DNA from: Bacteroidota bacterium
Lineage (GTDB): Bacteria > Bacteroidota > Ignavibacteria > OLB7
DNA length: 64,000 nucleotides
Reading direction: 5' to 3'
NCBI GenBank assembly: GCA_048498995.1
Contig: JBEHWX010000013.1
Coordinates: 19,437-83,436 of the forward strand
In this document: in pieces, positions 12,155 to 21,794 of the stretch
Position numbering within the stretch: the first letter of the stretch is position 1
Layout: every line of letters begins with the position of its first letter
Program-made: the position numbers and the translations under genes
The notes under the pieces: model-generated
Databases searched by the model: none
The model's input: the letters and a program-made list of their open reading frames with translations, nothing else
Told to the model about the DNA's origin: nothing

Positions 12155-13063
12155 CTACGTGGTCGAGGCGATCAGCGGCGCCAGTCGCGAGGCGAGCGCG
12201 GCGTCATCGGCATCGAGCTCCACGTCGGCGAAGAGATGCCAGCGCTCCACGTGATCGACCGAGTCACCAGGCTCAAGCACCACGAGCGGTCCGAGCGATT
12301 CCACCTCCATGAAGTCTCCGGCCGTATACGTCTCGGCGTTGCAGCCGAAGTCGGGATAGATCTCCCCCTCCTCCCAGCCGAACCGCTTCACGAAGAGCGT
12401 CCCCTCCCGATGATAGCCGGCCCATCCGAGCGAGTTGCCGACGCCGACCTTCTGCGGCTCCGGGCGACTCGCGTCGGCGCGGAGCCTGATGAAGCCGGGG
12501 CCGACCGTCCAGCGCGGATCGCTCAGGTCGGTGAAATGCCAGAGCACCATCGGACGCGCCGGCAGCAGATAGTCGTCGTGCGACAGGAACCGCTCCTGCG
12601 GCAGGATGGTGGTTCCTCCACCGCGGACGATCGTGAGCCCCCAGGGCGCCAGCTCCACGGGCCAGACGCCGTGATTGGTGATCATGTGGAGCACGGTGAC
12701 GCCGGTTCCGGTCTCATCGAGCGTGACCACCATCTCCTTCTGCAGCTTCGACTCGTGCTCGATCGGCGCGCGGAGCATGATGGAGCGATCGGTGATCAGT
12801 TCGTACTCGACCGGCCGGTTGTCCGGCACGTAGGTGCGGGGCATCGCCTCCGGCGCGGCCCAGAGCCGATGGCCACCCCACGGCTTCCAGAGTCCGTACG
12901 GCGTTTCCAGCCCCTCCTCCGGGATCTGCGCGAGGATGTTCTCGCCGCCGAGGAGGGCGTAATGAAGAATGCGAGGTCCGATCGCCGTGGCGACGATCAA
13001 CTCAGCGTCGTCGTTGTGCAGACGGACGCAGTCAGGCAGGCCGAGCAGGTTCAGTCGTTCCAT
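12155..13063 (-). CDS. conserved hypothetical protein (about 300 aa, soluble)
   Basis: Start at MERLNLLGLPD (ATG at 13063). The ORF-track 505-aa version adds an N-terminus that overlaps the upstream gene and is compositionally implausible. No family recognised with confidence. Confidence 0.45.
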   Translation of the reverse strand: MERLNLLGLPDCVRLHNDDAELIVATAIGPRILHYALLGGENILAQIPEEGLETPYGLWKPWGGHRLWAAPEAMPRTYVPDNRPVEYELITDRSIMLRAPIEHESKLQKEMVVTLDETGTGVTVLHMITNHGVWPVELAPWGLTIVRGGGTTILPQERFLSHDDYLLPARPMVLWHFTDLSDPRWTVGPGFIRLRADASRPEPQKVGVGNSLGWAGYHREGTLFVKRFGWEEGEIYPDFGCNAETYTAGDFMEVESLGPLVVLEPGDSVDHVERWHLFADVELDADDAALASRLAPLIASTT

Positions 13064-13080
13064 GCCTGAAACGCCAGCAG

Positions 13081-14358
13081 TTACCGTGCCCGAGCCGTGC
13101 TGTCGACCTGCGTGAAGGTGAAGAGGCCGCTGGTGAAGATCGGCACCGGCGCCCGCTCGCGGATGGCGGCGTAATACGGGAGGCGGAGAAATCCGTCGGT
13201 GCCGCCGCGCGCGGCGAGCGCCATCCGCGCATCGGCCGTGGGCATGTTCCCGCTCCGGATCATCCGGTTGAACTCGATCGTGTTGGTGACATAGTAGGCG
13301 AACGTGGCGATGGCCAGCGTGGCGACCACCGGCCAGAGCCGGCGCGCGCGCCGCGGAAACTCCGCCAGCGCCGTGGCCACGAGGTTGATCGCGAAGAAGA
13401 GGACGAGCCGCTCCCCCGGCCGGACGATCCCGGCCATCGCCAGCGGCAGCGCCAGGATCACGATCGGCAGCGGCGCGGCAAGCAGCAGCGCGAAGCGGAG
13501 ACGCCGCGTGCGCCACCATCGCGCCGCCAGCAGCCCCGCGATCGCCACCACTCCCACGGCCCATGCGTAGTTGATCACCTTCAGCGGCAGCCCCGGCTCC
13601 GAGACTCCCTTGAAGCGCTGGAACGGCGCCAGGACGCCGGCGAAGAGCGACAGGCGCTGCTGAGCCTGCCACGCGGGATCGAACGCTCCGGCCGCGGCGG
13701 CCACGGCGCTATCCCCCGTCACCGAGGAGACGAACCAGGCAAGCAGCAGGAGCGCCGGGATGTTCACCAGGAAGACCCGCCAGAGGAGCTGCGATCGCCT
13801 GACCGCCAGCAGATAGAGCCCGACGGCGTAGAGGAGAATGGCGTAGGCGAAGAAGTGGGAGAGATACGCCAGCAGAAACAGGCTCGCCGAGCCGAAGAAG
13901 CTCTCCAGCCACCGACGGCCGATCAGCAGCTCGAATCCGATCAGCGCCACGCCGAGCCCGAAGATGAAGTTGACGTTCCCCAGCCAGAAGTTCAGGTTGA
14001 AGACGAAGATCAGCGAGATGAACGGGGCCAGCGCGCTCCAGCGTCCGGAAACGAACCGGATGTAGCGGGCCGAGCCGACATAGAGGAGCGTCATCGCCAT
14101 GGCCAGGACGATCTTCCCGGCCAGCTCCGGATCGAGGAAGGTGGAGAGAAGTCCGATCAGGATGGTCGAGATCGCGTTCGGCGGGATGAACGGCTGGAGC
14201 GCGAAGAAGTGCTCGAAGGAGTTCCCCGAGAAGACGTATTCCCGGAAGAGAAATCCCTGGTAGAGCCAGTCGGGATAATCCTGCAGCGGAAGGAAGCGGA
14301 AGAGAAAGACGTAGGCGATGATCGGCAGCGAGAGGACCGGGACCATCCACCGGCGCAT
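13081..14358 (-). CDS. polytopic integral membrane protein (possibly GT-C-like glycosyltransferase)
   Basis: At least 10 predicted TM helices (LPIIAYVFLFRFLPL, LAMAMTLLYVG, FISLIFVFNLNFWLGN...). Start placed at MRRWMVPV (14358). Function not recognisable. Confidence 0.5.
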   Translation of the reverse strand: MRRWMVPVLSLPIIAYVFLFRFLPLQDYPDWLYQGFLFREYVFSGNSFEHFFALQPFIPPNAISTILIGLLSTFLDPELAGKIVLAMAMTLLYVGSARYIRFVSGRWSALAPFISLIFVFNLNFWLGNVNFIFGLGVALIGFELLIGRRWLESFFGSASLFLLAYLSHFFAYAILLYAVGLYLLAVRRSQLLWRVFLVNIPALLLLAWFVSSVTGDSAVAAAAGAFDPAWQAQQRLSLFAGVLAPFQRFKGVSEPGLPLKVINYAWAVGVVAIAGLLAARWWRTRRLRFALLLAAPLPIVILALPLAMAGIVRPGERLVLFFAINLVATALAEFPRRARRLWPVVATLAIATFAYYVTNTIEFNRMIRSGNMPTADARMALAARGGTDGFLRLPYYAAIRERAPVPIFTSGLFTFTQVDSTARAR

Positions 14359-14530
14359 CGCCAGCAGACGCTCCGATCGCCGGCGCGAGGGGCGTCGCGC
14401 CGATGAAGTGCCAGACTCGGTCGATCCGGGAGCGGTTCGCACGCTGCTCTTCTGCCTCGGGATGATGTGGTCTCTTCATCACGGCGCGCCATGTCGCCAA
14501 CCGGATGATCGTTCGAGCGCGCGCGAGGCA

Positions 14531-15118
14531 TCAGTCCTTCTTCCTGTCGGCCCCGTCGCGCTCCTCGGAGAAGCGTCCGCGCCCACGCTCGATCAGCTCG
14601 AGCGCGCGTCCGCGATTGCTCTTGCCGGTCGGCTCGAACCGCCGGCCGCGCGCGTCGTTGTACGAGATGAAGAAGTGCGTGATCTCCTCGACGAGCTCAT
14701 CGGCGAGATCTCCGATATCGCGGACGTTGCCGTGCGTGCGGGCCGTCGAGGCCACGCAGATCACGCGATCGTTCTTCTCGATCTTCCCATCCTTTTCGGT
14801 CTGGTCCGCCTCGATCACGCCGATCGGGCGCACCGCGAGGACGCATCCGGGAAAGGCCGGCTCGTCCATCAGCACCAGCACATCGAGCGGATCGCCGTCG
14901 TCGCCGACGGTCGATGGGACGAAGCCGAAATCGTATGGGAAGGAAGCGCCCGCCGGCAGGACCGACGAGAGGGTGAACGCGTCGATCTCCTGATCGTACT
15001 TGTATTTGTTCCGGCTCCCCTGCGGCGTCTCGATCACCACGGTGATCTCCCCCTCCTTCCCCTCCCGCTTCGGATCGATCCGCTCGAGCATTCTTCCGTT
15101 CGATGTCTGCCTCACCAT
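14531..15118 (-). CDS. ppa: inorganic pyrophosphatase
   Basis: 195 aa, KYEYD...DGDPLDVLVL...ASTARTHG... family I soluble PPase signature region. Confidence 0.9.
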   Translation of the reverse strand: MVRQTSNGRMLERIDPKREGKEGEITVVIETPQGSRNKYKYDQEIDAFTLSSVLPAGASFPYDFGFVPSTVGDDGDPLDVLVLMDEPAFPGCVLAVRPIGVIEADQTEKDGKIEKNDRVICVASTARTHGNVRDIGDLADELVEEITHFFISYNDARGRRFEPTGKSNRGRALELIERGRGRFSEERDGADRKKD

Positions 15119-15217
15119 GCCGTCACCTCCGTTGTTATCGTTACGGAATGGACGACGCAGAGATCGTGCCGCCGGCGCTCCGCCACATCGAGCGCGGCGA
15201 TGCCGGCGGCGTCCGGA

Positions 15218-16030
15218 TCACTGAATGATCGGCAGGAGCGGATCGCTCGAGGGGCCGGGATCGCCGGCGTCCTCGGGAAGCTCCGGGGCGCTCTCCTTCG
15301 GGAGCGGCTTGCTGACGCGCGCAAGGATCTGCGCGCTTCTGACCTCGAAGAGGAACTGCTCCCTGACGCCGGCCGCGAAGGGGGACGCCGGATCGTTCAT
15401 CCGCTCCGGGTGCCACTGCACGCCGAGCAGGTATTGTTTCCCCTCGGGGTTCCCCCATTCGATCGCCTCGATCACGCCGTCGGAGGAGCGGCCGCTGACG
15501 ACCAGCCCGACGCCGAGCGCGTCGATCGCCTGATGATGCGCGGAGTTGACCGTGCCGGAGAGCTCGCGTGTCGCTTTGTAGAGGAGGGTTCCGGGGTTCA
15601 CCTCGATCGCGTGCTCCCGGTCGAGCTCCCCATCCTTCGCGTGCGCCTCGCTTCCGCCGAGCCGGTCCGGCAGGTGCGGAATCAGCGATCCGCCGCGGAA
15701 GACGTTGACGATCTGCAGGCCACGACAGACGGCGAGCACCGGAACGTCGCGCGCCTCGGCGACCTCCAGCATCACGAACTCCCGCGTGTCCCGCTCCTCG
15801 TCGATATCAAAGCACTTCTCGGCGTACTCGGGGCGGGCGTAGCGGCGGGGGTCGACATCCGACCCGCCGGTAAGAAGCAGCCCGTCCACCTTCTCCATCG
15901 CCGCGGCCGGATCGTCGACCATGGCCAGGTCGATCACCGACACATCGGGATCGTCGCCGACGATCCAGCGCGCGTAGTTGCCGTATTTCGGGCTACCACT
16001 TCCCTTCGAGATTCCAATCGTAATCGGCAT
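15218..16030 (-). CDS. class I glutamine amidotransferase / gamma-glutamyl-GABA hydrolase-like (peptidase C26)
   Basis: MPITIGIS...LLLTGGSDVDP...VLAVCRGLQIVNV...HHQAIDALG...WHPE motifs with a Cys-His-Glu triad. Start at internal Met 16030. Confidence 0.75.
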   Translation of the reverse strand: MPITIGISKGSGSPKYGNYARWIVGDDPDVSVIDLAMVDDPAAAMEKVDGLLLTGGSDVDPRRYARPEYAEKCFDIDEERDTREFVMLEVAEARDVPVLAVCRGLQIVNVFRGGSLIPHLPDRLGGSEAHAKDGELDREHAIEVNPGTLLYKATRELSGTVNSAHHQAIDALGVGLVVSGRSSDGVIEAIEWGNPEGKQYLLGVQWHPERMNDPASPFAAGVREQFLFEVRSAQILARVSKPLPKESAPELPEDAGDPGPSSDPLLPIIQ

Positions 16031-16050
16031 GCAGATTCTCTCCTCGATAC

Positions 16051-17049
16051 TCAGGTCGACTTCGACTCGATAGCGGACCAAACCCGGGCCATCAGCCGAT
16101 CGGGCTCCGAAATTATCACATTCACGCCGACCACGTAGAGCAGCGGCGCCAGATCGGTGTGCCACTGGAGCTTGACGGCATCCTTGGCGGTCGTGATGAT
16201 GGGGCCGGCCTTCACGCGCCCCCGCTCGTAGCGGATCTCCGACAGCTCGCGCGGCAGGTATCGCTGGTGATCGCGGAAGAAGAGCGTCCCCTTCGGCGTG
16301 ATCCCCATGCCGGCCAGCGCGTCGACCACCCGCTGCGGCTGCGCGATGCCGGTCACCAGCAGCGCCGGCACGGCCGGGTCGAGCGGACGTCCCCCCTTCC
16401 AGGCGACCGGCGGCGTGGAGCGGAAGCCGAGTCGGATGATGTCTGCGTCGGGGGCGGCATGGCGCCGGGCAAGCTCCTCGGCGCGATCGGAGGTCGGAAG
16501 TATCACCTGCGCTCGCTGGAGCGCATCGATGCGCTCGCGGAGGATGCCGGCCGGCATCGGCCAGGGGAGCTCCGCGGTCCGGTCGTCGAGGATCACGATA
16601 TCGAGATCGCGCGCCAGGCAGTGATGCTGGAAGCCGTCATCGAGCAGCGCCACGGCATCGGGGAACTCCGGCTCGAGCTTCCGGAGCAGCGCGGCGCGAT
16701 CCCCCCCGACCGCCACCGACGCGCCGCCGACGGCATCGGCGATCAGCGTCGGCTCGTCGCCGAACTGGAGGTATTCCGGGGGCGCATCCCCGGAGCGCCA
16801 GAGGAGATCCTCCTTGGAGTCGCGGCCGTAGCCACGCGAGAGGACGAGGACGGGACGCCGCTTCAGGATCTCGCGGGCCAGATGGATCACCAGCGGGGTT
16901 TTACCGGTGCCGCCGACCGATAGGTTGCCGACGGAGATGACGGGCAGCCGCGACTGCCAGCGCTCGGCGAGCTTCCGGCGTCGGTCGCGGTCGGCCATCA
17001 TGGCGTAGATGGCTCCGACGGGGCGAAGCAGTACGCGCTCGTTGATCAT
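16051..17049 (-). CDS. lpxK: tetraacyldisaccharide 4'-kinase
   Basis: VISVGNLSVGGTGKTPLVIHLA P-loop and LpxK-like length. Sits in the lipid A cluster. Confidence 0.85.
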   Translation of the reverse strand: MINERVLLRPVGAIYAMMADRDRRRKLAERWQSRLPVISVGNLSVGGTGKTPLVIHLAREILKRRPVLVLSRGYGRDSKEDLLWRSGDAPPEYLQFGDEPTLIADAVGGASVAVGGDRAALLRKLEPEFPDAVALLDDGFQHHCLARDLDIVILDDRTAELPWPMPAGILRERIDALQRAQVILPTSDRAEELARRHAAPDADIIRLGFRSTPPVAWKGGRPLDPAVPALLVTGIAQPQRVVDALAGMGITPKGTLFFRDHQRYLPRELSEIRYERGRVKAGPIITTAKDAVKLQWHTDLAPLLYVVGVNVIISEPDRLMARVWSAIESKST

Positions 17050-18029
17050 AGCTCCTCAGAAGTCGATGCGTGATTCAAGCGGTCGAGCTCGGCCTCGAAG
17101 CGCGCCAGCAGATCCGGGCCGACCCAGAAGCGTCCGGCGGCCGGATCACCGGCTCCGGTATCGGCGGCGCCGTCTGGCACGGCCTCTGGCACGTCCCCGG
17201 AACGGGCCCCGGACATGCCCTCAGGCACGGCGTCGGCTCCGGCGTCGGCGGCGCCCTCGGGCACGGCTTCGGCTCCGGCATCGGCGGCGCCGTCAGGCAC
17301 GGCTTCGGACAGGGCCTCGGACATTGCCTCGGCTCCGGCGTCGCCCTCAGCCACGTCCCCGGAACGGGCCTCGGACATGCCCTCAGGCACGGCTTCGGCT
17401 CCGGCGTCGGTGGCGCCCTGGGGCACAGCTTCAGACATAGCCTCGGGCGCTTCCGTCCTCAGCGCTCCCACATGTTCGGACGGATCGAATATGCAATAAC
17501 GGATATAAACTTTCGCGAAGGGATACGGGATCTCCATCGCGTCCCAGCTTCCGAGCCGCCGGCGCGAGCGGCACTCCCAGCCGGCAAGCATCACCGGCAC
17601 CCCGGCGCGCGCCGCGGCCACCAGCGCCCCCGCTTTCGCCCGCCGTGCCGGTCCACGAGGGCCGTCCGGCGTGATCAGGCAACTCATCCTCCCCAGCGCA
17701 TCCACCAGCTCCGAGAGCGCCTCGCCCCCCTTGCGCGAGCTCGATCCGCGCACCACGCGACCGTAGCCGAGCCCGTCCGAAAGATATTCCGCCAGCAGTC
17801 CCCCATCCCGGCTCGCGCTCACCAACGCGCAGCTCCGCGCGCCGCGGAACCGGTACCAGACCGGCAGCATCTTCCCGTGCCAGAAGGCGATCACCGCTCT
17901 GACCTCGCCACGCACCAGCGGCGCGCACTCCGGCGGAATCTCCTCCCGGATTCGCCACGTGGCCGACAGTCCCCGCAGCAGAACGCGGAGAAGCACCCCC
18001 TCCAGCGAACGGGATCCGCCGGAGCTCAT
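17046..18029 (-). CDS. DUF374 / lysophospholipid acyltransferase-like protein with repetitive acidic C-terminal region
   Basis: Conserved core (VIAFWHGKMLP...SASRDGGLLAEYL...CLITPDGPRGP) as in DUF374 proteins next to kdtA/lpxK. C-terminal about 110 aa is imperfect repeats of (E/D)AVP(E/D)GA(A/T)DAGA. Confidence 0.6.
   Translation of the reverse strand: MSSGGSRSLEGVLLRVLLRGLSATWRIREEIPPECAPLVRGEVRAVIAFWHGKMLPVWYRFRGARSCALVSASRDGGLLAEYLSDGLGYGRVVRGSSSRKGGEALSELVDALGRMSCLITPDGPRGPARRAKAGALVAAARAGVPVMLAGWECRSRRRLGSWDAMEIPYPFAKVYIRYCIFDPSEHVGALRTEAPEAMSEAVPQGATDAGAEAVPEGMSEARSGDVAEGDAGAEAMSEALSEAVPDGAADAGAEAVPEGAADAGADAVPEGMSGARSGDVPEAVPDGAADTGAGDPAAGRFWVGPDLLARFEAELDRLNHASTSEEL
17100..17460 (-). 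repeat. intragenic imperfect tandem repeat (36-bp units, plus longer about 120-160 bp periodicity)
   Basis: Direct repeats ggctccggcgtcggcggcgccctcgggcacggcttc / ggctccggcatcggcggcgccgtcaggcacggcttc, and cacgtccccggaacgggcc repeated at about 17190 and 17352. Encodes the low-complexity acidic Ala/Glu-rich tail of the DUF374 protein. Confidence 0.7.
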
Positions 18030-19183
18030 CCGTACCTCCCGGCGATGTAGGCCGCCGCGCGCCGCGCCGCGCCAACTTCCCCCAGCAGCTCACGCAGCTC
18101 GTCGAGCGCCGCCAGCATCGCGCCGCGATACTCCCGATCCTCCAGCAGGCGATGAAGCTCCTCCACCAGCGACTCCGGACGCAGGTCGTCCTGGATATAC
18201 TCCCGTACCACCTGCCGACCGAGCAGCAGGTTCACCATCGCTATCGAGGAGACCTTGATCGCGCGCTTGGCGATCCAGTAGCTCACCGGCGATGTCCGGT
18301 AGATCACCGCGAACGGCACCCGATGCAGCGCGGTCTCGACCGTCGACGTGCCGGACTTCACCAGCGCCGCGTCGGCGCCGGCAAGCGCCTCCTCCACGCT
18401 CCCGACGATCTCGAACGGCGCAACGCCGGAGAACGTCTCCAGCGCCTCGCGAGGGAGAGTGCGCGCCAGCGGCACCACGTGACGATATCCTTCGCCCATC
18501 CGACGCATCACCTCCGCGAGCACCGGCATGTGCCGCCGGATCTCCTCGGGACGGCTCCCCGGCAGATACGCAATGGTCGGCCGGTCGTCGGCCTGGGCCG
18601 CGCGCGATGGAGTCGCGGCGGCGTCGGAGAACATGCGGTCGATCAGGGGATGGCCGAAGAACCGAGCGGTGATGCCGTGGCGGGCGAAGTAATCGATCTC
18701 GAATGGGAAGACCACGATCAGATCGTCGACCGCGGAGCGGAGGGTGGCGACGCGTCCCTCCTTCCACGCCCAGACCTGCGGGGCGATGTAGTAGACCACG
18801 GGAATGCCGGCCGCGCGAAGCTCGCGGGCAAGGCGGAGGTTGAAGCCGGGATAATCGACGAGGATGGCGAAGCGGGGACGCGTGCGGCGCGCTTCCTCGA
18901 CGATCGCCTGGAACACGCCCCGGAAAAACCTGTAGCGCCGGGCGACTTCGAGGAAGCCGACCACGCTCATCTGCGCGGCATCATGGCGGATCTCCACCCC
19001 TTCCTGGCGCATCCGCGCGCCGCCGATTCCCCAGAACCGGAGCTCCGGCAGGAGCGGGCGAAGCTCGCGGATCAGCGCGGCGCCATGCGCGTCGCCGGAG
19101 GCCTCCCCGGCGATCACCAGTACATGGTCGGAGAGGTCGCGCGCCGACCTCTCCCGGCCGGCCGAAGATGCGGTCACGCTCAC
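18026..19183 (-). CDS. lpxB: lipid-A-disaccharide synthase
   Basis: 385 aa, HVLVIAGEASGDAHGAALIRELR...VDYPGFNLRLA, GT19 family hallmarks. Confidence 0.9.
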   Translation of the reverse strand: MSVTASSAGRERSARDLSDHVLVIAGEASGDAHGAALIRELRPLLPELRFWGIGGARMRQEGVEIRHDAAQMSVVGFLEVARRYRFFRGVFQAIVEEARRTRPRFAILVDYPGFNLRLARELRAAGIPVVYYIAPQVWAWKEGRVATLRSAVDDLIVVFPFEIDYFARHGITARFFGHPLIDRMFSDAAATPSRAAQADDRPTIAYLPGSRPEEIRRHMPVLAEVMRRMGEGYRHVVPLARTLPREALETFSGVAPFEIVGSVEEALAGADAALVKSGTSTVETALHRVPFAVIYRTSPVSYWIAKRAIKVSSIAMVNLLLGRQVVREYIQDDLRPESLVEELHRLLEDREYRGAMLAALDELRELLGEVGAARRAAAYIAGRYG

Positions 19184-19968
19184 CGCGACAGCGGAATCAC
19201 GCCGCGCTGGCTGGAGCGGATGAAGTCGAGGATCTCATGGACCTCCGGCGTTCCATCGAGCGAGGCGGCCACGCGCTCCACCCCGTCGCCGATGTTGAGC
19301 CCGGAGCGATAGATGATCCGATATGCCTCGTCGATCGCGGCCACCGCCTGGTCGGAGAAGCCGCGACGGCGGAGGCCGATCACGTTGATGCCGCTGAAGC
19401 CGAGCGGCTGGTTGCCGGCGCGGACGAACGGCGGCACATCCTTCATCACGCGGAAGCCGGCGGCCACCATGGCATGCTTGCCGACCCGCTCGAACTGATG
19501 GACGCCGGTGAGCCCGCCGAGGAAGGCCCAGTCGTCAATGTGAACGTGCCCGCCGAGCTGCACGGCGTTGGCCAGGATCACGTGGTCGCCGACGATGCAG
19601 TCGTGCGCCACGTGCGTGTAGGCCATCAGCAGACAGTCCTTGCCGACGGTGGTCTGGTTGCGGGCGGTGGTACCACGATTGACCGTGGCATACTCGCGGA
19701 CCACGGTCCTGTCACCGATGACGGCCGTGGTCTTCTCCCCCTTGAACTTCAGATCCTGCGGAATGGCGCCGATGGAGGCGCCGGTGAAGATCTGGCAGTC
19801 GTTGCCGATCCGGGCACCGGAACAGAGATGCGCGTGCGACTGAACGTGGACGCCGTCCCCAATCACGACATCCTGCTCGATTACCGCGAACGGATCGATC
19901 CGGACTCCGGAGCCGATGACCGCATCGGGATGGACCGAGGCGAGCGGACTTATGTTTGTTTCCACCAT
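19180..19968 (-). CDS. lpxA: acyl-ACP:UDP-GlcNAc O-acyltransferase
   Basis: 262 aa left-handed beta-helix hexapeptide repeats, LpxA length. 4-nt overlap with lpxB. Confidence 0.92.
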   Translation of the reverse strand: MVETNISPLASVHPDAVIGSGVRIDPFAVIEQDVVIGDGVHVQSHAHLCSGARIGNDCQIFTGASIGAIPQDLKFKGEKTTAVIGDRTVVREYATVNRGTTARNQTTVGKDCLLMAYTHVAHDCIVGDHVILANAVQLGGHVHIDDWAFLGGLTGVHQFERVGKHAMVAAGFRVMKDVPPFVRAGNQPLGFSGINVIGLRRRGFSDQAVAAIDEAYRIIYRSGLNIGDGVERVAASLDGTPEVHEILDFIRSSQRGVIPLSR

Positions 19969-19999
19969 GCGTGGTCGTTCTCGTTGCTGAATGGCCGCG

Positions 20000-21402
20000 T
20001 TACGACTGACGGTCGACGACGGCGATCGAGAGGTCGGCCTCGGCCACCAGCGTCCCGTTGACGGTGGCGCGGCCAGACAGAGAGAAGGTGTTGAAGCGCT
20101 TGGACTTGAGGGTCACCTCGAAGACGAGCTGATCGCCCGGGACGACCGGTCTGCGGAACTTGGCGTTGTTGATCCCCATGAAGAACGCCAGCTTCGAGCC
20201 GTCTTCCGGCAGAAAATTGATCAGGAGCATGCCGCCGGTCTGCGCCATCGCCTCGACGATCAGCACGCCCGGCATCACCGGCTGCCCGGGGAAATGTCCG
20301 GCGAAGAAGGGCTCGTTGATCGTGACGTTCTTCAGCCCGATCACCCGTCCGGCCTCGTTGTCCAGCTCGATGATCCGGTCGACCAGCAGGAACGGATAGC
20401 GATGCGCCAGCACCTTCATGATGGCGGTGATATCCATCACGTGGCTGCCGTCGCCGCCGGTCGAGCGGCGCACGAGGCGCTTCTGCTCTGCCAGGCGCTT
20501 GATCTTCCGGGCGAACTCGATGTTGCTGGCGTGTCCGGGGCGCGCGGCCAGAATGTGCGCCTTGATCGGCGCGCCGACCAGCGCGAGATCGCCGATCAGG
20601 TCGAGCAGCTTGTGACGGGCCGGCTCGTTCGGATAGCGCATCGTCCCGTTGTTGAGCACGCCGGTGGAGCCGAGCACCACCGAGCCCTCGATGCCGAGCC
20701 GGCGCGAGAGCTCATCCATCTGCGACTGATCGATCTCCTTGTCGACGATCACGATCGCGTTGTCCAGGTTCCCCCCCTTGATCAGCCCCTCGCGGCGGAG
20801 CATCTCCACCTCGGTCAGGAAGCAGAAGGTGCGGGCCGCGGCGAACTCGGTGGCGAACTCGTTCTGGAGGTTGAACAGGCCGGAGTGCTGGCTGCCGAGC
20901 GCCGGGTTGTGATAGTCGATCATCACCGTCACCCGGAAATCGTCGTACGGGAGGGCCACCATCTCGACCCCCTTGCCGTCGTTCTTGTAGTTGACGATCT
21001 GGTCGATGACGATGTAATTGCGGGGCGCCTTCTGGTCGACGAAGCCGGCGTCCATCAGCACCTGGGTGTAGGGAAGCGCGCTGCCGTCGCCGACGGGGGG
21101 CTCGTTGGCGGTCAGCTCGATGCGGCAGTTGTCCACCTCGAGACCCACCAGCGCGGCCAGCACATGTTCCACGGTATGGACGCTGGCGTCCCCTTTGGTG
21201 AGCGTGGTTCCGCGAGAGATGTCGGTGACGAGGTCGACGTCCGCCGGGATCTCCGGCTGATCGGGAAGGTCGGTTCTGACGAAGCGGAGGCCGTAGTCCT
21301 CGGGGGCCGGCTTGAAGGTGATCGTCGACAGGTTGCCGGTGTGAAGGCCGATCCCCGACAGCGTGGCCGGGGCTGCTATCGTCCGCTGTTGCTGGCGCAT
21401 AT
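20000..21402 (-). CDS. lpxC-fabZ: bifunctional UDP-3-O-acyl-GlcNAc deacetylase / 3-hydroxyacyl-ACP dehydratase (LpxC-FabZ fusion)
   Basis: N-terminal LpxC (GIGLHTGN...HTVEHVLAAL...) fused to C-terminal FabZ hot-dog (LPHRYPFLLVDRI...FFAGHFPGQPVMPGVLIVEAMAQ). Start at MRQQQRTIAAP (21402). Confidence 0.92.
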
Positions 21403-21794
21403 GTGAAGAATGCTGCGAAATGCTCCGGCGCTTCCCCGCCGGACGAGACGGAATGGAGGAACGGGCCAATGGACCCGCCCGGATGGACTTGGCCGCGCAA
21501 GATAACGCTTTGCCCCCCATCTTTCACGGCGGACGCGGTTCACATACGAATTGGAATGCCTTGCCAGGCTCCGGAACGGCGTTTTTTTCAATGGCCGCCC
21601 GCGCCGGCGCGCGCCGAGGTCCGCCGATTAGTGCCACGCCGTACCGTTCGGTTCCCGCTTCATCCACGTTCGGCTCTCACTGAAACGACGCGTGGAGGCG
21701 CCCCGCTCACGGGATGCCTCCACGCTCATATCGCACGTATCGGATGACGACCGATCCGGATGCACGCTCGGCGCGCCGGACGGCGGCGAGGGAA

